The notes under the pieces were generated by a model. The model saw nothing but the letters and a program-made list of their open reading frames with translations. It did not search any database and had not been told where the DNA came from. Both the position numbers and the translations under genes were made by a program. From Vitrella brassicaformis CCMP3155 (lineage: Eukaryota > Protista > Chromerida), in the NCBI GenBank assembly GCA_001179505.1, contig CDMY01000255.1, positions 310,001 through 374,000 of the forward strand: a stretch of 64,000 nt of DNA. The letters run 5' to 3'. Positions within the stretch are counted from its first letter, which is position 1. Every line of letters begins with the position of its first letter. Shown here one piece after another: positions 13,360-24,664 of this stretch.

Positions 13360-14075
13360 ATGAGCGTGGGAGGCGTCTATCGCCGCATCCGGGCGTTTCT
13401 GGAAGAGAAGAACATCGGCGTCCTTGCTGAATATGTCCACGAGCCCTCATACACAAGTATGTGTGTATGCCTGTCAGGGACTCATCAATCGCTTTGCTTG
13501 TGATTCTTCATTGTGACTTCCTTCAGGTGAGGAGAGCGCCAGGCTGCGCGGCGAGCGGCTAGAAATCGGTGGCAAGGCGCTCCTGATGAAGGCCAAAGAT
13601 GACTTCTGCCTCTTTGTCTTCTCCGCGGCGAGAAAGGCGGACTTCAAAGCCATTAAGAAGATCTTGGGCGTCAAGTCGCTGAGGTTGGCCACGGCAGAGG
13701 AGCTTCTTGACTTGACGAGGGAGGCGGACAGCCCCGATGGGAGTGGATGTGTCCCGGGCAGCGTGCCGCCCTTTGGGATGCCGATACTGCCGTTCAGACT
13801 CTTTGTGGACCCGTCGGTGAGTCAACACACACATGCCATGGCACACACTGACTGCCACGTGCGTGCATGCCGGCTGCACTGCATGGCACACCGGGCTGGC
13901 TGTGGGTGTGAGTGGTGTGTAGGTGAAGGAGAACAGTCAGATTGCGTTCAACGCTGGCAGCCTGACTCACAGCCTGAAGCTCTCAACGACAGACTATCTT
14001 GGTGTGTGTGGGGCTGAGAGAGTATTCTCATTCACGGCAGCCCAAGACACACCGCCACAGGGGGAGGGCGGATGA
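13360..14075 (+). CDS. YbaK/INS-superfamily aminoacyl-tRNA trans-editing deacylase, YeaK (ProXp-y)-like
   Basis: Three exons: HEPSYTS|EESARLRGERLEIGGKALLMK ... GCVPGSVPPFG ... |IAFNAGSLTHSLKLSTTDYL. This resembles GAKAL, GAIPPF and EIAFNAGMLDKSVILKTADYL as I recall them from E. coli YeaK. Confidence 0.8.
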
Positions 14076-14191
14076 GACAGGCTGACTGGCTGATGCGAAT
14101 CGATTGTACATACATTGAGTGACGGACACTATGGCTGCGTGTCTTGACGACATGGACTGAAGAGCTCCTCAGTGATGCGATTTTCGCCTGG

Positions 14192-16746
14192 CTACGCCGA
14201 TCCATACTCTTGCGCAAATCGAATGTGTTCATCCATCGCATGCGCACCCACTGACGGCTTGCACTGCACACACACACACACACACAGCGCCATAGTTCTG
14301 ACTTGATCTGTCCATCGATCCATTCATTCATTCATCCGTCTGTCTGTCTGTCCGTCTGTCTGTCTGTCTGTCATTTATCTGACCTTGGTGCGTGCAGAGA
14401 TAAAGTCTTGCAGAGTCAGAGGCCGGGCCATGCTGAGGTTGGCGTCGACGCGGCCCAGCTCGTCACCCAACTGAGACATCAACTCACGCACCGGATACAA
14501 CGCTGATCACACACACAGGCATCCGTATGCCACCGATAAATACAGCAGGAGGGATATAGAAGTGGTGGCGGTCCTTACTTACCAGCTTCTCTGGCTAGGT
14601 TTGCAAGGTCGCTGCCATTGTAGCCCTCGGTCTGCTGGCCGACTGTCTTGAGGTCCTCCTCGCTCATGTCGACCCTGCCGTTGGTGCTTTGGTGTTTGGT
14701 CAGGAGGAGCGATATCTGCTTGATGCGATTCGTCAGGTCGGGCAGAGGCACCATCACACGCTGAGAGAGACACACACAAAACGTACAGCAAATGGACAGC
14801 ATAGCTGGGTGGATGGATGGATGGTATGTAGCGCAGCGCCACAGGAGGCAGGCCGGCCACCTTGGTCAGTCGACGGCCTGCATCCAGCCCAGCAGACACA
14901 CACAAAGGAAGGCAATCAAACGGCCATCCATCCATCCATTTTGCCTGGCCTGGCCGTCTGTTTGTCTGTCTCCCTCGTCAGTGAGAGCTTACGTACGTGC
15001 GGCTTCATCGATTGAGAAGGGCCGGTTGGTGGCCTGAAGTGTCATGCCGGCCGAATAAACAACAAGGAGGGACATGAAACGATCCCGTTGACTGACTGAC
15101 TGACTGACTTACGCCGACAACAGTCACAGCCTTGGACCCATCGCGACTCACTGATTGGATTGGGTGGTATCGCCAACACGCAAAGAGACATCTATGGATG
15201 TCTCCTTGTCGTGACGTGAGCTGCCATCCCTCCCTCCGTCCGTCCGTCTGTGCGTACCTCCGTCCATTTGTTGCAGCAGTTGGTTCTTCATTCTGAGTGT
15301 GATGTCCTCCTCCTTGTCTGTCCGCTGTCCCACCAGGGCGTCGATCTCGTCCATGAAGATCACAGCAGGACTCATACGACTCGCCACTGAGGGATGACAC
15401 ACACGTGTTGGTATGCACACCCGTCCGTATGTCTGTCGTGTATCTGCGTCTGACTTACGGTAGAAGACGGCTTTGATGTACTTCTCTGTTTCTCCCACGT
15501 ACTTGTTGAGCATCGACGACAGCTCCACGTTGAAGAAATTGGCACCAACAGCGTGGGCGATCCACTTCTGCACACACACAGACAGACAGCACAGCACAGC
15601 ACCTCAGACGCTCACGTGTGGCATTTGGATCCCTGGCCCCTTCATTAATACCCCCAACATGGCTAGAGATCCATCGGCGTTGCACACGTATATATATACA
15701 CACACACATCCACAGAACCAGACAGGCATGACAGGGTTCGACAGACACAGTGTGTGGGGCATCTTTTTGTGTGTGCCGTGTGTCTCCTTGGTTCCTTCCC
15801 TCCCTCCCTCCCTCAACCGGGACTTACTCTTGCCCGTGCCAGGGGGGCCGAATAATAGTATTCCCTGCGTGTCGGTGGAAAGTGAGCCATACCAGGTCGG
15901 TCGGTCGGTCGGTGGGTGAGTGGGAGGTGGGTACCTACCTGCCTACCTTTGGTGGTTGTATGATGCCTCCGAAGAGTCTGGGGCAGCACAGAGGCTGTAT
16001 AATGGCCTCACGGATGATCTGCAGGCAGTGATTTGCACATAAGAAAGAGAACGCACACATCAATCACATCTTGGCCCGGTGTGTATGCCTTTTGTGTGAC
16101 TGAGAGCTGGCTGACCTGCTTGACATCCTGCAGACCAGCTATGTCATTCTCACACACCTGCACACACGTACACACACACTCATACGTACGTACAGCGAAG
16201 GGCAACAGGGAGGGTGGGGATGTAGGTTAGGTTACCTTGTCAGTGACATCAGTGAGCAGCATGGCCCTCGCCGCCTCGATGTGCTTCTCATCAAGCCCTG
16301 GCACCTGACAGAAGGACACAATCAACATCACCTGATCTGAGGCCTTCCTTCCCCATAATCAATCATCGCAGGTAGGCCACCTCCTCCGCGATCTCCATAC
16401 TCGCAGCGCCCGCGCCCTGCACACACACACACACACACACGCACACACACACACGCACACACACACACATACACATGCAAACAGCAAAAGAGTACGCTCT
16501 CCATCACTGGAATTCGTCTGTCTGTCTGTCTATCTGTCTATGTCTGTCGGCTCTGTGTTGGCTGGCTCCCTGACCTGCCTGCAAGCCTGATTCTGCTGCC
16601 GAATGCGGTCTTGCTCCTTCTTGGACATCAGCCCCATGGCCGAGGTGAAGGCACCCTTAGGTGCGGCTGCCGGGCGCTCCTCACCCACAGCGCCTCCCGC
16701 CCCTCCTGCGCCTCTCGCACCGGCAAATGGCGCCGGCTGCGGCCGC

Positions 16747-16778
<32 letters not shown>

Positions 16779-17450
16779 GTGGTGGTGTTGTGGGATGTTG
16801 GTCGACATCTTGGGTCGTGTGGCTGGTGGCGCGGCCACCCCGTGCAGCAGTGGCCGCTTGTTCTGGGGCTTGGCCTGCCATGTGGTGCACGACGACACAT
16901 CCACTGCAGCAGCTGAGCCCGCCAACACGTGGCCCACGACACTCGCCCTGTCGTCAGGAGTGAGGTAGGCCGTCAGGGGGTCTGAGGAACCGTCAGCGGC
17001 AGCACCGGTGTCCATGTCCATATCATCATCAGCCCCTGCGGCCCCTTGGATTTTGGCTATGTCCACCTGCAGCACTTTGGGCAGTGCGCAGTGCTGCTCG
17101 AACAGGAAATGCGGAGGGCCGCCGCCGTCCGCACTCATCTCAGCGGGAAATGGCGCCGTGGTGCGCTCGATGAATTCGAAGGTGTGCTGCTGGGCCACCT
17201 GGGCGACGTACTCGCACACTTTGTCGTCGCCTGCAGGGCACTCATCCTGCAAAAGGGCGAGCGCCTCACGCTGACAACCTGTAGGTTCATCCATCCATAC
17301 GCACGCGTGGAGAAACGACCAACAGATCTGATGGATGGATGGACCTATTGATCTTCTGGCCCACATACCTGCATCGGTGGTGCCCAAGACCGCCCTCGCC
17401 GCTGGCGTGGCTTCCAACGAATCGCAACTCGCTACCGCACGGAAGTACAT
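14192..17450 (-). CDS. Fidgetin-like 1-type AAA+ ATPase (meiotic clade, spastin/fidgetin/katanin family)
   Basis: DIAGLQDVKQ|IIREAIIQP...PPK|GILLFGPPGTGK (Walker A), VIFMDEIDAL (Walker B), ATNRPFSIDEAAR (SRH), TEGYNGSDLANLAREA and a Vps4_C-like end CKPSVGAHAMDEHIRFAQEYGSA*. The N-terminus carries a polyQ tract. Confidence 0.85.
16418..16470. repeat. (CA)n microsatellite in a FIGNL1-like intron, typical of this genome's introns
   Basis: cacacacacacacacacacacgcacacacacacacgcacacacacacac. Confidence 0.9.
16746..16790 (-). repeat. CAG/CAA/CAC trinucleotide run encoding HHHQQQQQQQQQQQQ in the FIGNL1-like protein
   Basis: The plus strand reads tgttgctgctgctgctgctgttgctgctgctggtggtggtg. Confidence 0.9.
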
Positions 17451-17494
17451 CACAGCAGCAGTCAGAGGCCCGGTCAATTTACGACGTCGCCGTT

Positions 17495-17503
17495 AAGCTC
17501 GCC
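17495..17503 (+). promoter_or_regulatory. Candidate promoter element variant AAGCTCGCC between FIGNL1-like and PAN-GH3
   Basis: aagctcgcc in the divergent gap. Confidence 0.35.
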
Positions 17504-17712
17504 ACCGCGATCGCGGGCGGTTGCGCTTCCCTTTTCATTCGGGACTTGCCGCCGGCCGGAGGCGCCCAAATCGCACCATTTTTGTACAAGTCCTTTGACG
17601 TGTGTACGTACCATCGTAGCGTACCATTGCAGCTCCGCCCGCCCCCGACCCCGCCTGCAGCCTGTGCAGGAGAGGCCTCCCCTCCCTCCCTCCCTCCCTC
17701 TGTGACTGAGTG

Positions 17713-20700
17713 ATGCGGCGTGCCCTAGTTTGGCTGGCTTTGGGCCTGCTTCACAGCGCTGCAGCGCAGCGGCCGCCTGATCCACCACCCAATCAGGCGT
17801 CTTGCGGCACAGTGGAGGAGGGCTCCCTGCTGCTAGGCACGAGTCTTCGAGTGGCCAAGGGCAAAGATGCCCCGGACCTCGCCGCCTGCCGAGCCGCGTG
17901 TGCGGCGGAGCCCCAGTGTTACGGCTTCACCTTCATCGAGACACCCGCCAAGCAGGACACCCAGTGCCAGCTCAAACGCGCCGGCGCACGGCGGTCGGCA
18001 TACTCTGGGGAGGGCACCACGGTGGCCTCGGAGATCCCCTGCAGGGCGGCTGACACAGCAGCCGACGCAACCACCACCACCAGCAGCAGCGAGGCCAGTG
18101 CCGAGAAGGTTGTGGTATCGCAGGGTGCGGCGGATCCCGAGTGCTACTGGTCTGAGAAGTACATCAAGGGGTCTGCCGTGTGGCCGCACGAGCGGTCTGG
18201 TGCCGGCATAGCGTCGCCCCGCCACTGCCAGCTCAAGTGCCAGGCGCACCTCGAGTGCCACAGCTGGACGCTGCACTACGAGGAGGGCTGCCTGATGTGG
18301 GAGGAGGACATCGATGTCGACACTGACCAAGACAGAGTCATCAACAAAATCTACTCCATCTCGGGACCCAAGTACTGCAACGACACCGGTGAGGGGGGGG
18401 GAGCGACCACAGCACCACTGCTTACTCGCTTGTTTGTGTGTCGCGTTAACTTCAGCTGGCGTGATAGGTGGCTGCTTGGAGGAGTCGTGTGAGTATCCGG
18501 ACAACTCGACCACTGTCATCGAGTACACCAACATCGCCACCCCCTGGCGGTGCCAGTTCACCTGCATGCTCACCGACAACTGCACCGGCTTCTCGTTCGA
18601 CTACGAGGAGACCTCCTGTGCCCTCAAGAAGGAGCTGCTGGAGGCCGAGAAGGTGCTGGGAGGGGACGTGCCGCGCCACAAGGTGTGTGGCCCCAAGACG
18701 TGCGACATGTGGCCCGCCAGTATGAAGAACAGCATCTATCAGTCCACACCCATGGAGGACTACATCGACGGCCTTCTGGCCAAAATGACCACCGAGCAGA
18801 AGATCGGACAAATGGTCCTCACACCAGACGCCTTCTACAGCCCCGAAGCACAGCTCGAAGCATACCAGGTACGGACGGACAGACAGACACAACTAGGTGT
18901 GGGGTGATTGAACGTGTTGTGTGTGCCTCTGCTGCTGGTTGATGTATCCATCCAGGTGAATGTGTTGTGGGGTCCAGGGTACAAGTTGGACGATCCCATC
19001 ACAGATCTGCAGAAGCACTTTGACGCCATCTACTACCTCTCGGCCAGCGATGCGGAGGGCACCCGGCCGGCCATTCCGTCCATTGTGGCCGTGGATGCGG
19101 TGCACGGAGCCGCCATGGCCAAGGGCAGCACCATGTTCCCCCACAACATCGGACTCGGGTGCGCCAACGACACGGCACTCATGAAGCGCATCGGCCTCAT
19201 CACGGCCATCGAGCTGACGGCCGTGGGCGCCGACTGGACCCTCGCACCCATGACGGCAGTGACGATGGACGTCCGGTGGGGCCGCACATTCGAGAGCTTC
19301 TCCATGGATGGCTTCACGGTGTCGCGGCTGGCGGAGGCCTTCCTGTTGGGTCTGCAGGGCGACCCCACGGACGAGGAGGACTTCCTCAGGGGCCGTCACG
19401 TGCCGGGCATGTGCAAGCACTTCTTGGCGGACGGTGCCCCCATGGGTGGGTTCACTGACGGCGATGCCGACATCGACGAGGAGGAGCTCATCCGCGTCCA
19501 CGCCGAGCCCTTCAAGGGCTGCATGCGGGCCGGCATGGTCACCACCATGCCCTCGTTCAACGACGTCAACGGCTGGGAGATGCACCAGAACGGCTACCTC
19601 CTCAACGACGTCCTCAAGGGGAAGCTGGGCTTCGACGGCGTGGTGCTGTCCGACTGGAACGCCCACCAGCAGATCAACGGGTGCGTTTGGGATGCTGACG
19701 ACTGCCCCATCGCCGTCAATGCGGGAGTGGACATGTTCCTCATCGCTGTGGGCGGCGGATCGCACTGGACCAGCTTCGTCGAGAAGACCCTGGCACGCGT
19801 CACCAAGACCAAGGACATCACCGAGGACCGCATCAACGACGCTGCCAAGCGAATTTTGAGGATGAAGGCACGCATGGGGCTCATCGGCCCCTCACCCACC
19901 AGGGTCAACCCGGCGGCCCGTCCTGGTGCGGCTGAGATCCTGGAGGTCATGGGCAACCCGCGGCACCTGGCCATCGCACAGGACGCAGTGAGGAAGTCGG
20001 CGGTGCTTCTCAAGAACAACCCCACCAACAGGACACAGGAGAGGGCGCTGCCGCTCAAGGGCGACATGAAGGTCCTCCTGGCGGGCAAGGGCGAGGAGAA
20101 GTACCTCCAGCTCGGGGCCTGGTCACTCGACTGGCAGGGACAAGGTAGGTACATACATTTGTGGGTATGCTATGCTGGCGCCAACGTCTCTGTCGACCTG
20201 TGCGTGTGTGTGTGTTTGTGTGTGTGATCAGAGGACGATGAGCTTCTGGAGTACGCGTCATCATTGAAGGATGCTTTGACCGAGCACTTGACGGCGGGCG
20301 GGGGCAGCCTGACGTTTGATGCGGACGGGGAGGAGGCCAATGATGATGACTTCGACGCCATCATACTTGTCATGGCCGAACACCCATACGCCGAGGTCGA
20401 GGGCGACCTCATGGACCTCTCGCTCATGCACAAAAGAGCCACGTGAGGAAACCACACACACAGACAGAGACAGAGACAGACAGACACATTGACCTGGATT
20501 GACCTGACCACTGGTGCCGTGTGTCTTGATTCATTTCTGTGTCTGTCTGTCCTTCTGTGATCAGTGGTCGCACCAACAACTTCGGGAAGGAGCTGCTGTA
20601 CAAGGAGGACTGGGATCGGCTGGTGACATTGCGGTCCAAGGCGCCCACCACCCCCGTCATCATCATCCTCTACACCGGCCGGCCACTCTACGTCAACGCC

Positions 20701-21117
20701 GAGCTCAACATGGCCGATGCATTCATATCGGCCTGGCTGCCCGGCACCATGGCGGGGGAGGGGCTCGTGGACCTCATCTTCAGGAGGGACGTGGCCACCC
20801 CCACACTGACAGTGGTGGATGGGGAGGAGGCCAAGGAGACGGGTGGCACACCCGCACCTGCCGACTTCACTGCCAAGCTGTCCTTCAACTGGCCGGCCCA
20901 CCCATGCCAGTCACAGGGAGCCGTGGGCGACGGGCAGATCCCCCTGTTTCCGTTTGGCCATGGCCTGAGCTACGCTGCGATGGACAAGGACAGCAACGGC
21001 ACCAGCACAGTGGTGGGCGTGTTGGACGAGGTGGATCTGGACCTCTGCAAGAGGACAGAGTGCTGGGACCTCGACTGCAACCTCGGACAATACGTCGGCA
21101 CGAACAACCAGCCGTAA
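17713..21117 (+). CDS. Secreted GH3 beta-glucosidase/exo-beta-glucanase with three N-terminal PAN/Apple domains
   Basis: Signal peptide MRRALVWLALGLLHSAAA, then three six-Cys PAN-like units (e.g. CRAACAAEPQCYGFTF...CQLK; CQFTCMLTDNCTGFSF...CALK). GH3 core: MTTEQKIGQM, DAVHG, FPHNIGLG, DVRWGRTFESF, KHFLADG, nucleophile motif VLSDWNA, KSAVLLKN, acid/base motif AEHPYAEVEGD, AWLPG and PLFPFGHGLSY. Confidence 0.92.
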
Positions 21118-21149
21118 GAAAGACATATATGCCACACGCGCACACAAAA

Positions 21150-23000
21150 GGCGCAAGTGCGACGTCTCTAATGTGTGTGTGTATGTGTGTGCGTTGGTTC
21201 AGAGTGTGGCTCCCGCAGACCAACGACTGATGCAGTGCAGTGATGCATTGGTGTGTGTGGTTTGCGTGCGTGTGTGCGTACGGGGGTGTCGTGACGACGA
21301 AAGCAGTGCCACCTAGCTGCATCATCCTCCCTCTGTCTGCCGCTCGGGCTGGTCTGTGCTTAAGCCATATATCTAGTGCGTGTGTGGGGGGGCTGCCTGT
21401 GCACACAATGAATGGATGGAGGAGTGCCTATAGAGTCCGATCAGCCGACAAGGGCTATTTTGATTTGTGGCTCATATCTGCCTGCCTGCCTGCTTTTATG
21501 GCAGTGGGGTGGCGTGTGTGTGTTGTGTGTGTGTGTGTGTCTATGCTGTGCTGTGCTGTGGTGCGTACACGAGTTACTGTTTGTATTGTTGTCACTAGTT
21601 GATATAGGGTTGTCTGTCCGTCTGTCGTATGGATTTTGTGTATTTAATCGATGCAGACACACATACACACTCACACGACGCATATATAATAGGGAAGGGC
21701 GTCATCCTTCTATATATACGTGACCTCAGGCCTGCATGTGCACACGTATGTGTGCATGTGCATATATATTCATACAAACAATGGAAGGACACATGAATGG
21801 TGCACATGATTGGTGGGCCGGCCTGCACGGTCCGTCTCTTCTTGATTGATATTTATTTACTTATTGCCAATAGTCTTTGTCTGTCTGTATGGATGTACTG
21901 ACTTATTCATCATTCGTTCATTACAAAGAGAAACACCAAAGTTTCCGTACTCGTGTTTTCTCGTGCCTAAATGTGACTTCGTGGGTGTCATGGGCGGACC
22001 AACGAATGGATGGATGAATGGGCCACTTAACTTAATCCATGTGCGTGTGTGCGTGTGGGTGTATTGTATTTAGTCTTATGTAGGCGGGCGCCTGTCGTAT
22101 TGTGGGGTAGGTAGCTATGAGGGNNNNNNNNNNNNNNNNNNNNNNNNNNNNNNNNNNNNNNNNNNNNNNNNNNNNNNNNNNNNNNNNNNNNNNNNNNNNN
22201 NNNNNNNNNNNNNNNNNNNNNNNNNNNNNNNNNNNNNNNNNNNNNNNNNNNNNNNNNNNNNNNNNNNNNNNNNNNNNNNNNNNNNNNNNNNNNNNNNNNN
22301 NNNNNNNNNNNNNNNNNNNNNNNNNNNNNNNNNNNNNNNNNNNNNNNNNNNNNNNNNNNNNNNNNNNNNNNNNNNNNNNNNNNNNNNNNNNNNNNNNNNN
22401 NNNNNNNNNNNNNNNNNNNNNNNGGGGGGGGGAACGTCTGTCTGTCTGTGTCTGTCTGTCTGTGTGCGTGTGCATGCTGACTGCACGAGAGCTGATTGAT
22501 GGATTCATGTAAGTCCGTAAACAGGCAGACGGGCAGGCAGGCAGGTCATGCAGCGGTTCGTTCGTACGGCCATGACAAGTTAGACAGACAGACTTATACA
22601 CACCCTCAGCCAGATCATGTCATGAATGACTGAGTGCCTGTCTTGTGGACCAGTCAGTCAACTTACATGAATGTTTGAATGTGAGAGAGTCGGTGAAGGT
22701 CCACCATCCATCCCCACCCATATCATATATATGTGCATATATATACCACAGACAGACAGACAGCCAGACCCACACCTTCCACCCTCCCCCAGCCGGCCAC
22801 GCCAAACACATGTGTGTCCTCTGTCTGTACAAACCTCCATACCACACATCAACGCACATCCAGACATACATACATACATCCACGCACATAAATCAAGGCA
22901 GTCGGTCAGCGAGGGAGTGAGCGACGCAGACGGCAGGCAGCATAGCATAGCATGCAAACGCAACACGAGCGCACGCACGCACATGAACCCAACCCGCGAA
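21150..23000. repeat. Microsatellite-rich intergenic/UTR tract ((GT)n, (TCTG)n, (CATA)n) around the second gap
   Basis: Dense simple repeats with no coherent coding signal. Confidence 0.7.
22124..22423. other. Assembly gap (300 N)
   Basis: Run of N flanked on both sides by G runs. Confidence 0.98.
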
Positions 23001-23159
23001 TATGTGACATCCATGCCCTGCCCCTCACCGAGCCAGAGCCCCCTAGCCTAGCCAGTCCATCCTCAGTCCCCACGTCCCGCCTTCGGTCCTTGATTGCAAT
23101 GCAGTGAGTGCGTGCATGAGGGGGCGGGGCGCATCTCTCTCTAACGCGACGGCCGTGAT

Positions 23160-24494
23160 CTACCTACAGCCAGCCAGCCACTGAGGTAAATCTGCTATGA
23201 CGTCTGCCTGTGTGTGTGTGTTTATGGGGAGGAGGAGGCGTATATCATTCCCTCTGCGGGTGGCCTGTTGAAGGATCTGCCGGAGCGGCGACGCACGAAG
23301 CAGGGGCATATGTACACACACCAGGCCGGCAGACAGTCGCAACTGATAAATGGATGGACGGATGCAACCATAACCATACACAGACATACACACAAACATG
23401 AGGACCACCCATTCCACGTCTGTGTGTGTCCGGCTGCTACCGGGCGCACCGTACCGGTAGTAAGCCATGACGCAGTCTTCGAAGTCGGAACCCTTGGCGG
23501 CTGGCGGGGCCTCTTCACGCGGGGTGGTCCGCTCCAGCTCATGCGGGGCTGGCGTCTCCTGCAGCTGAGCATACTTCCCCTGATCCGGGTGCACAACACA
23601 CACGCACCGTCAATGAATGGGTGAGATCACTCATCAAATCAATGGTTGGCGTGCTGTGCTTGCCGCAGGGGGGCGCTCCTGGAGCTCCCCGGTCTCCTGG
23701 GGCCGGTCGCGAATGCACCTCTTCTGCAGCAACACACACACACACACACACCACACCGTTGGTCGTGGCCCCCCGCTGTCTGCCTGTGAGTGACCACCCA
23801 TTGTGCCGTAGTTACCACGAGTATGTATGTGAGGCATGCGAGCAGTAGTACGAGTAGGCCGACGAGGATGCCCACCTTGATCCACAGGGGCTTCCCGTGC
23901 CATGTGGTCATGAACCTCACTATGCTGTGCCATGCGATGGCGAGGAACCGCCCCGCCCTCTTGAGGCCCTTCTTGATCTCCTGCTCGCCCCACACGGGCC
24001 CTTTCTTCTTCTTCTCACCACCCTTCTCGCCTTCTCCGCCAGCCGGCGGCTGTACGGACCCCGGCCCGTGAGCAGGCGGGACTCCGGGCTTAGGGGGAGC
24101 GGTCGTCAAGGGAAACAACACGTGACCAGCCGCGTCATACGGACACTCACCCGGACCAAAGTGACGACCGATCAGCTCTGCATACACACACACACACGCA
24201 TGCAATCATGGTGCAGACAAAGGAATGATGGGATGGGCTCTTCGTGGTCTTCCTTGGCTGTTCACCTTGGCACTGCCCAAGGCATTTGTCCTGGGCCTGG
24301 ATGTCCTCGAAGCCGTGTTCTCCGTGGTTGATGCAGTGCTGCGAGCAGCCCTGGAAGCATGATAGAGGGTCGGTTGGCGATGTTTGCAAGCGGCGCAGCA
24401 AGGGACGATTATCAAACCGACCATGCCATGACAGCAACGCCACGACAGATAGTATCACCAGCAGAGATGCGACACCCCACACCTCCCTCAACAT
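23160..24494 (-). CDS. Hypothetical membrane protein: N-terminal signal/anchor, six-Cys ectodomain, Pro-rich stalk, transmembrane helix and acidic tail
   Basis: MLREVWGVASLLVILSVVALLSW..., CFQGCSQHC...KCLGQCQ|ELIGRHFGPGECP, and TM segment KVGILVGLLVLLLACLTYILV|KRC. Exons join in frame. The 3' end is uncertain. Confidence 0.6.
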
Positions 24495-24664
24495 CGGAAA
24501 GGCTCCCAATGTGTTTCGTTTCACGTGAAGGACCTTCCAGCCCGAAGCGTGACTCGTGACCATCAAATCCGTCAGGTTGCTACACACACATGCATGAACG
24601 CCCCTGTGGCAAGATCCCATGGCTGCTCTCCCGCTTTGCTGCCTTTCTGCTGCAGCTGCAGTGT

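Noticed and set aside
16603-16968. Poly-Cys and poly-Leu ORFs on the plus strand
   Set aside because: Alternative readings of the CAG repeat that encodes polyQ in the FIGNL1-like gene.
17833-20154. Long minus-strand ORFs (250, 290 and 186 aa) over the PAN-GH3 gene
   Set aside because: Stop-poor antisense frames of GC3-rich coding sequence.
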